This document shows positions 10,765 to 19,629 of a stretch of 64,000 nucleotides of DNA, piece by piece. The notes under the pieces were generated by a model. That model was not told where the DNA came from. It saw only the letters and a program-made list of their open reading frames with translations, and searched no databases. How positions within the stretch are numbered: the stretch's first letter is position 1; the number at the start of each line of letters is the position of its first letter. The stretch is from contig JAIPJQ010000003.1 of the NCBI GenBank assembly GCA_021734065.1, forward strand, positions 1,497 through 65,496, read 5' to 3'. The position numbers and the translations under genes were made by a program. Origin of the DNA: Fidelibacterota bacterium (GTDB taxonomy: Bacteria; Fidelibacterota; UBA8477).

Positions 10765-11244
10765 CTACTTCTGCTGAATATCTATAAGATGCGCTCGTTC
10801 CTTATCCATTGTCAATGTCATTGTCGACGGATCCCTACTACGATGATCGGCAAGGTGTGTCAAATCTTTAGCGATCCGCATTTTCTCCGATCGCAGGCGA
10901 TCATACAATTTCTCATTGGCCAGATTGAGTTGTTCCGCAAGCGTGCTGATCTTTTTTTGTGTCGACCTGTGGGATTGGAACCCACTTGGCAGCGCCGCTC
11001 TCAGCTCCTCCAGGGCTTTAATCCCATCCATCTCCGTCTCACGGTCAGAGAGTAATTCCCCGATTTCAGTAATCGTCAGACTCTCCACCCTTTCGAGTTT
11101 TTCCTCGGTCATTTTCAGTAGCCGCTGAAATGATCGATGTTCTTCCAGTAAGATCGCCTCGGCGGATTCAAAGGCTTCATTCTCATTGGAAGGCTTTGAC
11201 GTTGGTCTATCCTTTTCGTGAGCCATTTTTTCTCGATTCAGCAT
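10765..11244 (-). CDS. hypothetical coiled-coil protein of the late flagellar operon (FliT/FlgN-like chaperone candidate)
   Basis: 159-aa helical, charged ORF between flaG and the flgM-like gene with 20-24 nt gaps. The functional call rests on position only. Confidence 0.4.
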   Translation of the reverse strand: MLNREKMAHEKDRPTSKPSNENEAFESAEAILLEEHRSFQRLLKMTEEKLERVESLTITEIGELLSDRETEMDGIKALEELRAALPSGFQSHRSTQKKISTLAEQLNLANEKLYDRLRSEKMRIAKDLTHLADHRSRDPSTMTLTMDKERAHLIDIQQK

Positions 11245-11268
11245 TTTTTTAATTTCAGAGCGTGCCGG

Positions 11269-11655
11269 CTAACCCCGGCCCCTGAAAAGCATGCCATTTA
11301 TGTCATTCAGTTTATCGACCAATTCCAGCATTTCCTCCTGGGGGATTTGTCGTATCACCTCACCCGTTTCCTGATCGCGGACCACAATCACCGGACGGGA
11401 AACGCGTTCATCGTACTTGAAAGAGATTTTTATCCCTTTGGAACGAACATACCTATTCAAAGTATCGGTCAGTTTGGGAAAATCAACGGGCTCCTTTCCG
11501 GAACTCTCCTTATTCGCTTTATTAAAGCCTGTTCCCGTAGATCGGGAATCGGCGACCATTCTCGCCTGGGTTCTGACAACTTCTGGTTTTAGCGTTGTTT
11601 TGACATTGCTTTCCATCACCGTGTCAGTGCTGGTAATATTTTTTATTGGCTCCAT
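11269..11655 (-). CDS. flaG: flagellar protein FlaG
   Basis: 128 aa. C-terminal region ISFKYDERVSRPVIVVRDQETGEVIRQIPQEEMLEL matches the FlaG family pattern. Adjacent to fliD. Confidence 0.75.
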   Translation of the reverse strand: MEPIKNITSTDTVMESNVKTTLKPEVVRTQARMVADSRSTGTGFNKANKESSGKEPVDFPKLTDTLNRYVRSKGIKISFKYDERVSRPVIVVRDQETGEVIRQIPQEEMLELVDKLNDINGMLFRGRG

Positions 11656-11698
11656 TCTCCTTTCCTTTCATTCAGCATGTCTCATTACCAACTCTGGG

Positions 11699-13180
11699 TC
11701 AATAGTATGTAAATTGAGAAAGGAAATTCTGCTGATTTGCCAACATGCTCATAGCCGTTTGCAGGGAGGCAAATTCTTTACGAAGCTGGGCTTCCCGGGT
11801 TTGCATACGTTCTTCTACCCGGGAGATGTGCGTGTTTAAAAATGTAAGTTGGTTATCGATGCTTTCTTTGCTAGTGGCGATCTTCCCACCTGTTTTGCGG
11901 TATTTATCCAGATAGGTCTCCAGGGAAGTAGCAATCCCATCCGTACCCTGAAAAATATCGGTAACATTGCGAGAACTGTCTTCCAGAGCGGCGATAAATT
12001 TACTCTCGTCTTTCAGAGATAAATTTCCTGAAGAATCGGCTTCGATCCCGATGTTGTACAACTTAGAGTAGCTGCTGTTATTCACATCCGTTACTGTACC
12101 GGTGGTGTATTGACGCAGGTCAGTAATCATGTTTCTGTATGCATAATCCCGGGCTAACACACCCGGCGTATTGGTATCCGGATTGGTAATGGCATATTTC
12201 CGCAATGTTTTCATTACACCATTATATCCGTCCAGAAAGTTTTTGACTTCACTTTTCACCTTATCCGTGTCGACTGATACAGATAGGCTCTCCGGCGTAC
12301 TAAATGTGTCCAAAAGCCGCAAGCTTACACCAGCAAACATATCTGAAATATCATTGGAATCCCGGAAAAATGTTAATCCGTCCAGGGTAAGCTTTGAATT
12401 CAGCAGACTATCAGAAGAGCTCGTTCCGATATCTGTAATGTACCCTCCTGAAGTCCCGGAAGATTGAACGGCACTGTTCACCTCAAGGGCTTGTAAAAGA
12501 TTGTCCGCACTATCCGTAAAGTCCATTCGATAGGTATAGCCGCTCTCATTGGAGCGAAGCACCAGCCGAGAGACCCCATCCTGTTCGGACACTACGGATG
12601 CCCGTGCTATTTCAGTACTGTTGATTACATCATCAGCCACGGCATCTGACATGGCTGTGTTAATTGCCTCGGCAATAGCAGATAGTGCATCGTCATTGGT
12701 TCCAGCTAAATCAGCCGCGGCAACCGTAACATCAATGGAGACCCGATTGGTGCTGTCCGCATCTGTGGGATGTGCCAGAGTTATTGAAAATACCTGATCT
12801 GTTAAAAATCCGGTAAAGTCACTGTTGGTGCCGGTATATTGCATGGAGACCCGGGTGTCCACGGTGGCCAGTCGATCAACCGTTAACTCATGATTCCCTA
12901 ATTGAGCCGTGGATGATGCGGTAGCGGTGAATTTAGCTGAATCACTGCTGGTTGCTTTCTTGGCGGCCAGGTAATTGGTAATCGTATCATCCAACAGACG
13001 TGTGGATTTATTGTAGAGAGTTGAAACCTTGGAATTCAGATCAGATAACGCACCCTTCCGGTCATTTAATAATTCCCGCCGCTGCTCCAGTTGGTCCAGC
13101 GGTCGCCGCTCTATCTGCATCATCTGTTGGATGAGCTGGTCCACCGAGTTCTGGTTGCTAAAAACTGAACTGATTTCCAT
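11699..13180 (-). CDS. fliD: flagellar filament cap protein FliD
   Basis: 493 aa. N-terminus IDQLIQQMMQIERRPLDQLEQRRELLNDRKGALSDLNSKV and C-terminal coiled coil, typical of FliD. Sits between fliS and flaG. Confidence 0.88.
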   Translation of the reverse strand: MEISSVFSNQNSVDQLIQQMMQIERRPLDQLEQRRELLNDRKGALSDLNSKVSTLYNKSTRLLDDTITNYLAAKKATSSDSAKFTATASSTAQLGNHELTVDRLATVDTRVSMQYTGTNSDFTGFLTDQVFSITLAHPTDADSTNRVSIDVTVAAADLAGTNDDALSAIAEAINTAMSDAVADDVINSTEIARASVVSEQDGVSRLVLRSNESGYTYRMDFTDSADNLLQALEVNSAVQSSGTSGGYITDIGTSSSDSLLNSKLTLDGLTFFRDSNDISDMFAGVSLRLLDTFSTPESLSVSVDTDKVKSEVKNFLDGYNGVMKTLRKYAITNPDTNTPGVLARDYAYRNMITDLRQYTTGTVTDVNNSSYSKLYNIGIEADSSGNLSLKDESKFIAALEDSSRNVTDIFQGTDGIATSLETYLDKYRKTGGKIATSKESIDNQLTFLNTHISRVEERMQTREAQLRKEFASLQTAMSMLANQQNFLSQFTYY

Positions 13181-13235
13181 GACGAACTCTCATTCCCCGA
13201 TTATTAATTCATACCCTCATTCATTCACACCATAA

Positions 13236-13616
13236 TCAAACCAGGTTCATGGCCGTCACCCAGGACTGCCGAATCTCGGTCAACATGGCAATTGCCCGAT
13301 CCCATTCGTTCCGTCCGATAAGATCCGTAATGGCACTATAGGTTCGATAAAAATTCATGGCGATGTCACCCCCCTGATCAAAACGAAGGGCGTTGATCAA
13401 CTCTTGCAGAACTTCCAGTGCCTTTGACTTTTGTTTCCGTTTACAAGCAATAATACCGGCGTCATACAGGTACTTGATCAGCTCTTCCGGGCTGGCGGTC
13501 ATAATCTTTTGTTGCAGGTAAATATTCACGGGTTTGGTTGCCTCAACTGCCGGCGTGACCGTCTGTTGCCGCAATTGGGTGCCATACTGGGGATTGTTGT
13601 AAGGTTGATGTTCCAT
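13236..13616 (-). CDS. fliS: flagellin-specific chaperone FliS
   Basis: 126 aa. FliS four-helix pattern (IMTASPEELIKYLYDAGI ... LINALRFDQGGDIAMNFYRTYSAI). Confidence 0.88.
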   Translation of the reverse strand: MEHQPYNNPQYGTQLRQQTVTPAVEATKPVNIYLQQKIMTASPEELIKYLYDAGIIACKRKQKSKALEVLQELINALRFDQGGDIAMNFYRTYSAITDLIGRNEWDRAIAMLTEIRQSWVTAMNLV

Positions 13617-13774
13617 GGTCGTTCATTCTCCGTTGCATTCTGTTCCGGGGATTGGGGATGGGTTTTTGTAACAAGCGCCCTTTCCGCCTTTACCAGGAAC
13701 TCCCCCGGGATTTATTCGATCTTTCACTGTCAATAATCCTGATCCACTGTCTCAAATGCTGCAACCACCGTTTT

Positions 13775-13829
13775 AAACAAAATCACCGGAGACGGATAAA
13801 GGTGGGAGAACCCACCTTTATCCTCCCGG
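13775..13829 (-). terminator. rho-independent terminator downstream of flagellin
   Basis: Perfect 13-bp stem GGATAAAGGTGGG-loop-CCCACCTTTATCC (13794-13823), extendable by flanking CCGG pairs. On the minus strand it is followed by TGATTTTGTTT. Lies 18 nt after the flagellin stop. Confidence 0.75.
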
Positions 13830-13841
13830 AAGGTGTCCTGT

Positions 13842-14666
13842 TTACTGGAAGAGCGAGAGGACCGACTGAGGCGCCGTATTCGCTTGAGCGAATGACGACA
13901 GAGCGGTCTGCTGGAGGATCTGTAATTTCATTACCTCCATTTGCTCTTCAGCAAAGTCCGCATCTTCAATTGAACTTCTCACCGCTTCGGTGTTGGTGGC
14001 TGCCAATTGTAAAGTTGTCTCCTTGGAAGACAGACGAGACTGGTAGTTACCAACATCCTGCATTGAGGCCGCCAAAGTATCAATGGCAGAGCTCAGTGAG
14101 GAGATCGCTGCAGAAGCACTGGCCTGGGTGCTGATCGCCACTGAGTTAATGGACAGCGCTGCAGAATCGGAATCACCGAGTGTGACACTCAGGGTGTCAT
14201 TAGCGCCTTCACCAACCTGGAAATCATTACTGGAAACGCTACCATCGATCAGGGCTTTTCCATTGAACGTCGTGTTGGTGACGATGTCATCAACTTCTTC
14301 GATCAGAGCAGTGACCTGATCATTCAGAGCTGTGCGCTGATCGTCTGACAGGGTATAATCCGCTGCTTGGGTGGCTTTTTCTTTTACTGTTTGCAAAATG
14401 TCCATGATGCTCTGATAGCCACCCTCGGCCACATTCAGTACATTCTTGGCATTGGAAACATTCTGCAGAGCCACGTTCAGACCACGGCTGCGAGACTCCA
14501 GACCGCGTGCCAATTGATATCCAGCTGGATCATCAGCAGCAGAATTGATCTTCTTGCCCGTGGACAGACGCATCTGATGCACACCAATTTTGTTGTTGAT
14601 GTCCTGCATCGAGCTTAACGATTGCAGTGCCCGTACGTTTGTGAAAATCCTTGTTAGATCACCCAT
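13842..14666 (-). CDS. fliC: flagellin (short, about 274 aa, lacking large D2/D3 insertion)
   Basis: Conserved N-terminus (RIFTNVRALQSL..., LSTGKKINSAADDPAG) and C-terminus (MEVMKLQILQQTALSSFAQANTAPQSVLSLFQ). Start reassigned to ATG 14666, which is preceded by GGAGG. The ORF-track start at 14741 adds 25 non-flagellin residues. Confidence 0.92.
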   Translation of the reverse strand: MGDLTRIFTNVRALQSLSSMQDINNKIGVHQMRLSTGKKINSAADDPAGYQLARGLESRSRGLNVALQNVSNAKNVLNVAEGGYQSIMDILQTVKEKATQAADYTLSDDQRTALNDQVTALIEEVDDIVTNTTFNGKALIDGSVSSNDFQVGEGANDTLSVTLGDSDSAALSINSVAISTQASASAAISSLSSAIDTLAASMQDVGNYQSRLSSKETTLQLAATNTEAVRSSIEDADFAEEQMEVMKLQILQQTALSSFAQANTAPQSVLSLFQ

Positions 14667-14673
14667 AATAAAA

Positions 14674-14709
14674 CCTCCGTGTTTGTTGACAGATGATGTC
14701 CTTATCATC
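14674..14709 (-). promoter_or_regulatory. candidate CsrA binding sites in the flagellin 5' leader
   Basis: The minus strand reads GATGAT-AAGGAC-ATCATC (14709-14692), a 6-bp hairpin that presents GGA in its loop. A second GGA lies in ACGGAGG (14680-14674), overlapping the Shine-Dalgarno. csrA and fliW are present in the window. Confidence 0.55.
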
Positions 14710-14834
14710 CGCTGGGTTTCCGGTGGCATGTCCCATCTCACCCTTTTCGAGCGACTTCCGATGCCGACAATTCACTGGTATTCTCTTGTCAAGGCGCCCA
14801 TCTCCGTCTTGGATTCGCTGGGCTTCACTATCCA

Positions 14835-14861
14835 TTATCGGCTGGCTTCAAAAAAACTTTA
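14835..14861 (-). promoter_or_regulatory. sigma-28 (FliA) promoter of the flagellin gene
   Basis: The minus strand reads TAAA-N15-GCCGATAA, an exact match to the sigma-28 consensus, about 170 nt upstream of the flagellin ATG. Confidence 0.8.
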
Positions 14862-15163
14862 ATTTTCGCTGAAAATGATACCAGATAAGCCTTGAACAGG
14901 AAGTGTTTTGGTACCCGTCATATAAACGGGCATCAATCTCGGGCATTTCCCGCGACCTCCAGCCCCGGACATGAAACTCATGACCACCCCGTGAATCCAG
15001 CGGTTCACTCCGGCTCGTGAAGCTCCCCATAAACCATTAATAAATCAGGTTCCCCTTTACACCATTCTATACGTGAATAAAATACTTGCCTTGCGATTCC
15101 CTCGGGTTCCTGCAAAAGGAGCAACATCTTCCCGGATGAATGCAGAAACATGCAAATGCCTGC

Positions 15164-15190
15164 TAAAGATTTGCAAACTCCGGCCGATAA
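15164..15190 (+). promoter_or_regulatory. sigma-28 (FliA) promoter of the HTH/REC-HD-GYP/motAB operon
   Basis: The plus strand reads TAAA-N15-GCCGATAA (exact consensus), 33 nt upstream of ATG 15223 and divergent from the flagellin promoter. Confidence 0.75.
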
Positions 15191-15222
15191 TGGATAATGG
15201 GAATGAAAAATCGAGACACACC

Positions 15223-15456
15223 ATGAATGAAAATGAAGAAATACTGGATTTAGATACTGCCTGTGAACTCCTGAGAATTCGCCATCGCACCATGTATACC
15301 CTGCTGAAAGAGGGCAAGGTACCCGGGGTCAAGATTGGTGGCCAGTGGCGCTTCTCTAAAAAAGCCTTGCTGGATATGTTCAACACAAACAATCCCATAA
15401 GCCCTGTATCCGGTGAAGAACAACAAGAAGATACCGGAACGCCACCTCATGAATAA
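15223..15456 (+). CDS. small excisionase/MerR-type helix-turn-helix DNA-binding protein
   Basis: About 77 aa from ATG 15223. Motif LDLDTACELLRIRHRTMYTLLKEGKVPGVKIGGQWRFSKKAL is typical of the HTH_17/excisionase family. The longer ORF-track start (15073) lies upstream of the sigma-28 promoter. The stop overlaps the next gene's ATG. Confidence 0.65.
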   Translation: MNENEEILDLDTACELLRIRHRTMYTLLKEGKVPGVKIGGQWRFSKKALLDMFNTNNPISPVSGEEQQEDTGTPPHE

Positions 15457-16825
15457 TTCTTTACAGCAAAAGAACTCCGGAATCGTACGCTATAAAATAC
15501 TGGTGGTGGATGACGATCCGGCTACCCGTGAATTTCTGAAATTTGTTTTCAAAGAGGCTCAATACATTCTGAAAGAAGCAGTCAACGGCAAAGAAGGCAT
15601 CCAGGTGGCCCGTGAATTTCGTCCCGACCTTATTCTCAGCGATGTGGTCATGCCCGAAATGGATGGATTGGCGTTTTGTCAGGCTGTCCGGAACGACGAA
15701 AAGCTCCAGATGGTGATATTTTTACTCATGTCCTCTGTTCACCTGGAGATCAGTGACCGGGTTGATGGATTACGCGGCGGAGCCGATGAATACCTGTTGA
15801 AACCACTGGATGAAAATCAGATCAAAGCTCAGGTTCAAGCTTTTTTGCGTATAAAAATTCTTCAGGACCAATTGGTTTCCAAAAATGACCGACTGGAGGA
15901 AATGAACACGGCTCTGGAAGAGAATAAGCGTAAGGTTGAGGAGACAAACAAAGCCCTGGAGCACGAAAAAGAGCGGCTCACCTACTCCCTGAAGGAAATC
16001 TCGAAGCTGGCCGAGGAGCTGGAAAAATCACACAAAAACCAATTACAACTTAATATCACTTTAAAAGAGAGTTTTGATGATCTGGTGGCGCTTCTGGCGA
16101 CTATTGTAGAATTACGCAATCCCTACCAACCCGGTCACTCCAAGGAGGTGGCGCAGATTTCCATGTATGTTGGCGAACGCCTGGAACTTGACACCTCTCA
16201 GTTAAAAAACCTGCGGATGACGGCACTGTTACACGAGATTGGCATGATCGGTCTACCGGATGACATCATTAAACTAACACCGGATCAAATGTCGCCTGAA
16301 CAACTGAAAATATACCTTCAACATCCTGTTGTGGGTGAATCTCTGTTACTTAGCCTCAAAGGCTGCCAGCAGATGGCCAAAATTATCCGGCATCTGCACG
16401 AAAATCTGGATGGGTCCGGATTCCCCGATAAGTTGATCGGCGATGAAATTCCTCTGGAATCCAGGATTATTAAAGCCGCCGCTGATTTTAGTCGCGCACT
16501 TCAGAATGTCAGCGACCACGGCCAGATTTACCGGGTTTACCACGCGATGAAAAATGAAAGTGATATCCGCTACGATGCGCGGGTATTCGCCATTCTGAAA
16601 GATTATGTGGATACCATCGCCGACCGCAGGAAAAACCGAAAAATCGAGACCATCAGTCTGGCTCATTTACAGCCGGGAATGGTGCTGGCGGCAGACGTTT
16701 TCACCAATTCAGGTATTAAGTTAATACCGGAAGGTATTGTACTCACGGAAGCCTCCATCAAGGGTATTCTCAACTACAGTTACAACGATCCCCTGCCACC
16801 CGGGATCAAGATCATCGTGCAATAA
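15449..16825 (+). CDS. response regulator: REC + coiled coil + degenerate HD-GYP domain
   Basis: REC motifs VVDDD, LILSDVVMPEMDG, LLKP. HD-GYP-like core GHSKEV...LLHEIGM...HLHENLDGSGFP...AADFSRAL, with HD changed to HE and GYP to GFP. C-terminal LQPGMVLAADVFTNSGIKLIPEGIVLT module. Confidence 0.8.
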   Translation: MNNSLQQKNSGIVRYKILVVDDDPATREFLKFVFKEAQYILKEAVNGKEGIQVAREFRPDLILSDVVMPEMDGLAFCQAVRNDEKLQMVIFLLMSSVHLEISDRVDGLRGGADEYLLKPLDENQIKAQVQAFLRIKILQDQLVSKNDRLEEMNTALEENKRKVEETNKALEHEKERLTYSLKEISKLAEELEKSHKNQLQLNITLKESFDDLVALLATIVELRNPYQPGHSKEVAQISMYVGERLELDTSQLKNLRMTALLHEIGMIGLPDDIIKLTPDQMSPEQLKIYLQHPVVGESLLLSLKGCQQMAKIIRHLHENLDGSGFPDKLIGDEIPLESRIIKAAADFSRALQNVSDHGQIYRVYHAMKNESDIRYDARVFAILKDYVDTIADRRKNRKIETISLAHLQPGMVLAADVFTNSGIKLIPEGIVLTEASIKGILNYSYNDPLPPGIKIIVQ

Positions 16826-16894
16826 AATGAGATAAATAAGAGAGATAACATGCTGATTAAACAAACAAGATTGAAAAAATAGGCCGGAGTTCCA

Positions 16895-17707
16895 GTGGAC
16901 ATTGCCACCATATTAGGAATCATTTCAGGCGTGGGGCTTATCCTGATTTCAATCACCATGAACAGCGGCTTGGAGTTGTTTGTAAATATTCCCTCCATCA
17001 TGATCGTCGCCGGTGGCACCCTGGCGGCAACCCTCATTGCTTTTCCTCTCCATGAAGTCCTGATGGTCCTGTCGCTGCTCAGACGCATTTTCTTTCATAA
17101 ACGCTCCGATGCCCGGGCATTGATAACTCAACTGGTGGAGTTGGGTGTCCAGGCGCGGAAAGGTGGCGTGCTCTCGGTTGAGAATCAGCTCGCACAAATT
17201 AACAATGAATATCTGCGCAAGGGGCTCCAGCTGGTAGTGGACGGCGTCAGCGAATCCGGCATTATCAACATGCTTAAAATCGAAGAGGTCAATACGCGCA
17301 AACGACACCAGACCGGTTGGGAAATATTTGCTGAAATGGGTAAATACTCACCGGCATTCGGTCTGGTGGGCACCCTGATCGGGTTGATCCAGATGTTGGC
17401 GAATTTGGACGAACCGTCAACCATCGGACCCCGGATGGCCGTGGCGATGATCACCACCTTTTATGGCAGTATCATGGCCAATCTGATCTTCATTCCCATG
17501 TCCGTCAAACTCAAACGCCGTAGCCAGGAGGAAGCCATTCTCATGAGTCTGGTTATGGAGGGTATCAAATCAATCCGGTCGGGTGAAAATCCCAAACTCA
17601 TGGAGGACAAACTCAACAAATTCCTCTCGAATGAGCAGCAGAAAAAAATCGCAAAAAGTCTGAAAAAGGGCCGGGGGGCCAAGAAAAAGCCTGCGGACAA
17701 AACCTAA
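16895..17707 (+). CDS. motA: flagellar stator protein MotA (set 1)
   Basis: 270 aa with a GTG start preceded by GGAG. Four TM segments and the MotA/TolQ/ExbB signature (PAFGLVGTLIGLIQML, TTFYGSIMANLIFIP). Confidence 0.88.
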   Translation: MDIATILGIISGVGLILISITMNSGLELFVNIPSIMIVAGGTLAATLIAFPLHEVLMVLSLLRRIFFHKRSDARALITQLVELGVQARKGGVLSVENQLAQINNEYLRKGLQLVVDGVSESGIINMLKIEEVNTRKRHQTGWEIFAEMGKYSPAFGLVGTLIGLIQMLANLDEPSTIGPRMAVAMITTFYGSIMANLIFIPMSVKLKRRSQEEAILMSLVMEGIKSIRSGENPKLMEDKLNKFLSNEQQKKIAKSLKKGRGAKKKPADKT

Positions 17708-17725
17708 CCGGGAAGACCCAAACTG

Positions 17726-18586
17726 ATGCCAGATTCGGATCAAAATAACGACGATACTCTGTTTGAGGAAGTTATCGAGGACGAGGAGCAGGATGGATCA
17801 GCATCCTGGTTAATGACGTTCGGCGATATGATGACGCTGTTGCTGGCGTTTTTCGTCCTGCTGTTTGCCATGAGTGAGACCCAGATGGAAGATTTCGCTC
17901 AATTGATGGAATCGCTCAAAAAAGCAATTGGTAAGCAGGAGGTCCCTGAGGCCGGTACCCGTGTTGGCTTGAAAATGATGGAGATTAAGGCAGAAGAACA
18001 GCCGAAAGCGGTGGATGAATTGGGCGCTCTGGTTAAAAAGGAGATGGAGGACTTCGAGAGTCAGACCGAGGAGTTTATTCTTGCGAATACGCTGGCAGGC
18101 CAGGTGAAGGTTGAGGAGGACGGCCGGGGGGCTGTTATCACGATCTCGGATCTAATTCTTTTCCCATCAGGTGAGGCCGATTTTCTGACTGATGCCGAGG
18201 ACGTATTATTAAAAATCAAAGAATTGATCAATCAATTTAAATATCATGTAAAGGTTGAAGGACATACCGACAATGTCCCAATTAACACCCCCGAGTTTCC
18301 CAGCAATTGGGAACTATCAGCAAATCGGGCGAGTAAGATCGTGCGTTTTTTTATCGAACAAGGAGTTGATCCTGATCGGCTATCTGCTGAAGGTTTTGCT
18401 GAATATCGACCCATTGAAGATAACTCAACGATTGAGGGGCGCGCAAAAAACCGGCGGGTAGAGATTGTCTATCAGCGAGCGGATGTCACCCGGGCAATTC
18501 AGGATTCCCTGAACCAAGTTGATAACACCAACCCGATTGAAAAACTTCCAACCTCCACATCTCGGGACAGTACCCGCGCACCTTAA
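17726..18586 (+). CDS. motB: flagellar stator protein MotB (set 1), OmpA-like C-terminus
   Basis: 286 aa. SWLMTFGDMMTLLLAFFVLLF carries the conserved proton-channel Asp. C-terminal OmpA/peptidoglycan-binding motif (GHTDNVPI...NWELSANRA...NRRVEI). Confidence 0.88.
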   Translation: MPDSDQNNDDTLFEEVIEDEEQDGSASWLMTFGDMMTLLLAFFVLLFAMSETQMEDFAQLMESLKKAIGKQEVPEAGTRVGLKMMEIKAEEQPKAVDELGALVKKEMEDFESQTEEFILANTLAGQVKVEEDGRGAVITISDLILFPSGEADFLTDAEDVLLKIKELINQFKYHVKVEGHTDNVPINTPEFPSNWELSANRASKIVRFFIEQGVDPDRLSAEGFAEYRPIEDNSTIEGRAKNRRVEIVYQRADVTRAIQDSLNQVDNTNPIEKLPTSTSRDSTRAP

Positions 18587-18738
18587 CGAATTTCATCGAA
18601 TACCCGTTCACAGACCCTTCCACCGTCACCATGTGCCCCGAATGGACATCCGGTACTTTTCCAGTGGTATTGAAAAGGGAAAAAGAGGGCTCGGATGAAT
18701 GGAATGAGACTTTTCAAGGATGTCGTGTTGTATATCGG

Positions 18739-19413
18739 CTATTCGGAATCGTCCAGGCTAATCATTTCCGGACCGCGGGTCGTATACTTCTCCGAGCGGA
18801 TCTGGATCATGTTTTCCAGTTTTTGAGTCACGGTTCTGATACGAGAGACATTATCCAGGATTTTCCGTAAACTACCTAAGACATTTTCCGGTAAATCTTT
18901 ATGTTTAAACAAGATCGTCTCGGCGTACATCTCGATAGCCTGAAGTGGATTATTAATTTCATGATTTGAAGTAATGGCCATCTGATTCACGAGTTTGATC
19001 GCCTGGAGCCTGTCATTTTCACGCTGCAATCTTAAAATGCGCAACCCGGTGCGCACCCGCGCTAAAAGCTCTTTGATATTGCACGGTTTGATGATGTAAT
19101 CGTCAGAACCCTTCTCGAATCCCAGGACAATATCTTCGATGTCATCCTTTGCTGTGAGCAGGATGAAGTAAGTCCGCTTCAATTCCGGATTTTGTTTGAT
19201 TGCCAGACACAGTTCTTCACCCGTCATTTCAGGCATCATCCAGTCTGAAATGACCAAATCCGGCTTGAATTCCTTCGCCCGCTCGTACGCTTCGCACCCA
19301 TCAGTGGTTACGGCAAATTCCACATTCTCATCCTTTAAAAACTTTTGCAGAAGCTTCGTGTACATGGCGTCATCCTCGGCGATGAGCACCTTCAAGGTTT
19401 CCGGGTGATTCAT
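18739..19413 (-). CDS. response-regulator receiver fused to a HisKA/DHp domain, no ATPase domain
   Basis: About 224 aa from ATG 19413. REC (LIAEDD, LVISDWMMPEMTG, LLTAKDD, IIKP), then the H-box ITSNHEINNPLQAIEMY, and the protein ends about 70 aa later. No N/G1/G2 ATP-binding boxes. Confidence 0.75.
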   Translation of the reverse strand: MNHPETLKVLIAEDDAMYTKLLQKFLKDENVEFAVTTDGCEAYERAKEFKPDLVISDWMMPEMTGEELCLAIKQNPELKRTYFILLTAKDDIEDIVLGFEKGSDDYIIKPCNIKELLARVRTGLRILRLQRENDRLQAIKLVNQMAITSNHEINNPLQAIEMYAETILFKHKDLPENVLGSLRKILDNVSRIRTVTQKLENMIQIRSEKYTTRGPEMISLDDSE

Positions 19414-19629
19414 TATATACACATCCGATCTTTTAGACTGAAACCAGCTTTCTTCAAACCGGACCAGGACGTCCAACTTATCCTGCCCGGCGACAGCTCG
19501 CTGTTAAATGTCCCGCTCACTTCCGGGATCTCTACACAGATGTCGTGTGAAAGCTTAATTTTTCCGGTTTTAATCAGGGTACTCCTCATCCCTTCTTCCT
19601 TCTATTCCAAGCCGCTGATGGTATCCTTA

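Noticed and set aside
14667-14741. 25-codon N-terminal extension of the flagellin ORF (MRWDMPPETQRMIRTSSVNKHGGFI)
   Set aside because: The conserved flagellin N-terminus begins at the internal ATG 14666, which has a GGAGG RBS. The extension covers the leader that carries the candidate CsrA sites.
15073-15222. Longer version of the HTH ORF (starts at 15073 or 15190)
   Set aside because: These starts lie upstream of, or within, the exact sigma-28 promoter at 15164-15190, and the extra residues are not protein-like.
18732-18758. GCCGATAT-like element on the minus strand at the end of the REC-DHp gene
   Set aside because: It has no TAAA at -35 and no downstream gene on that strand. It would only produce an antisense transcript to motB.
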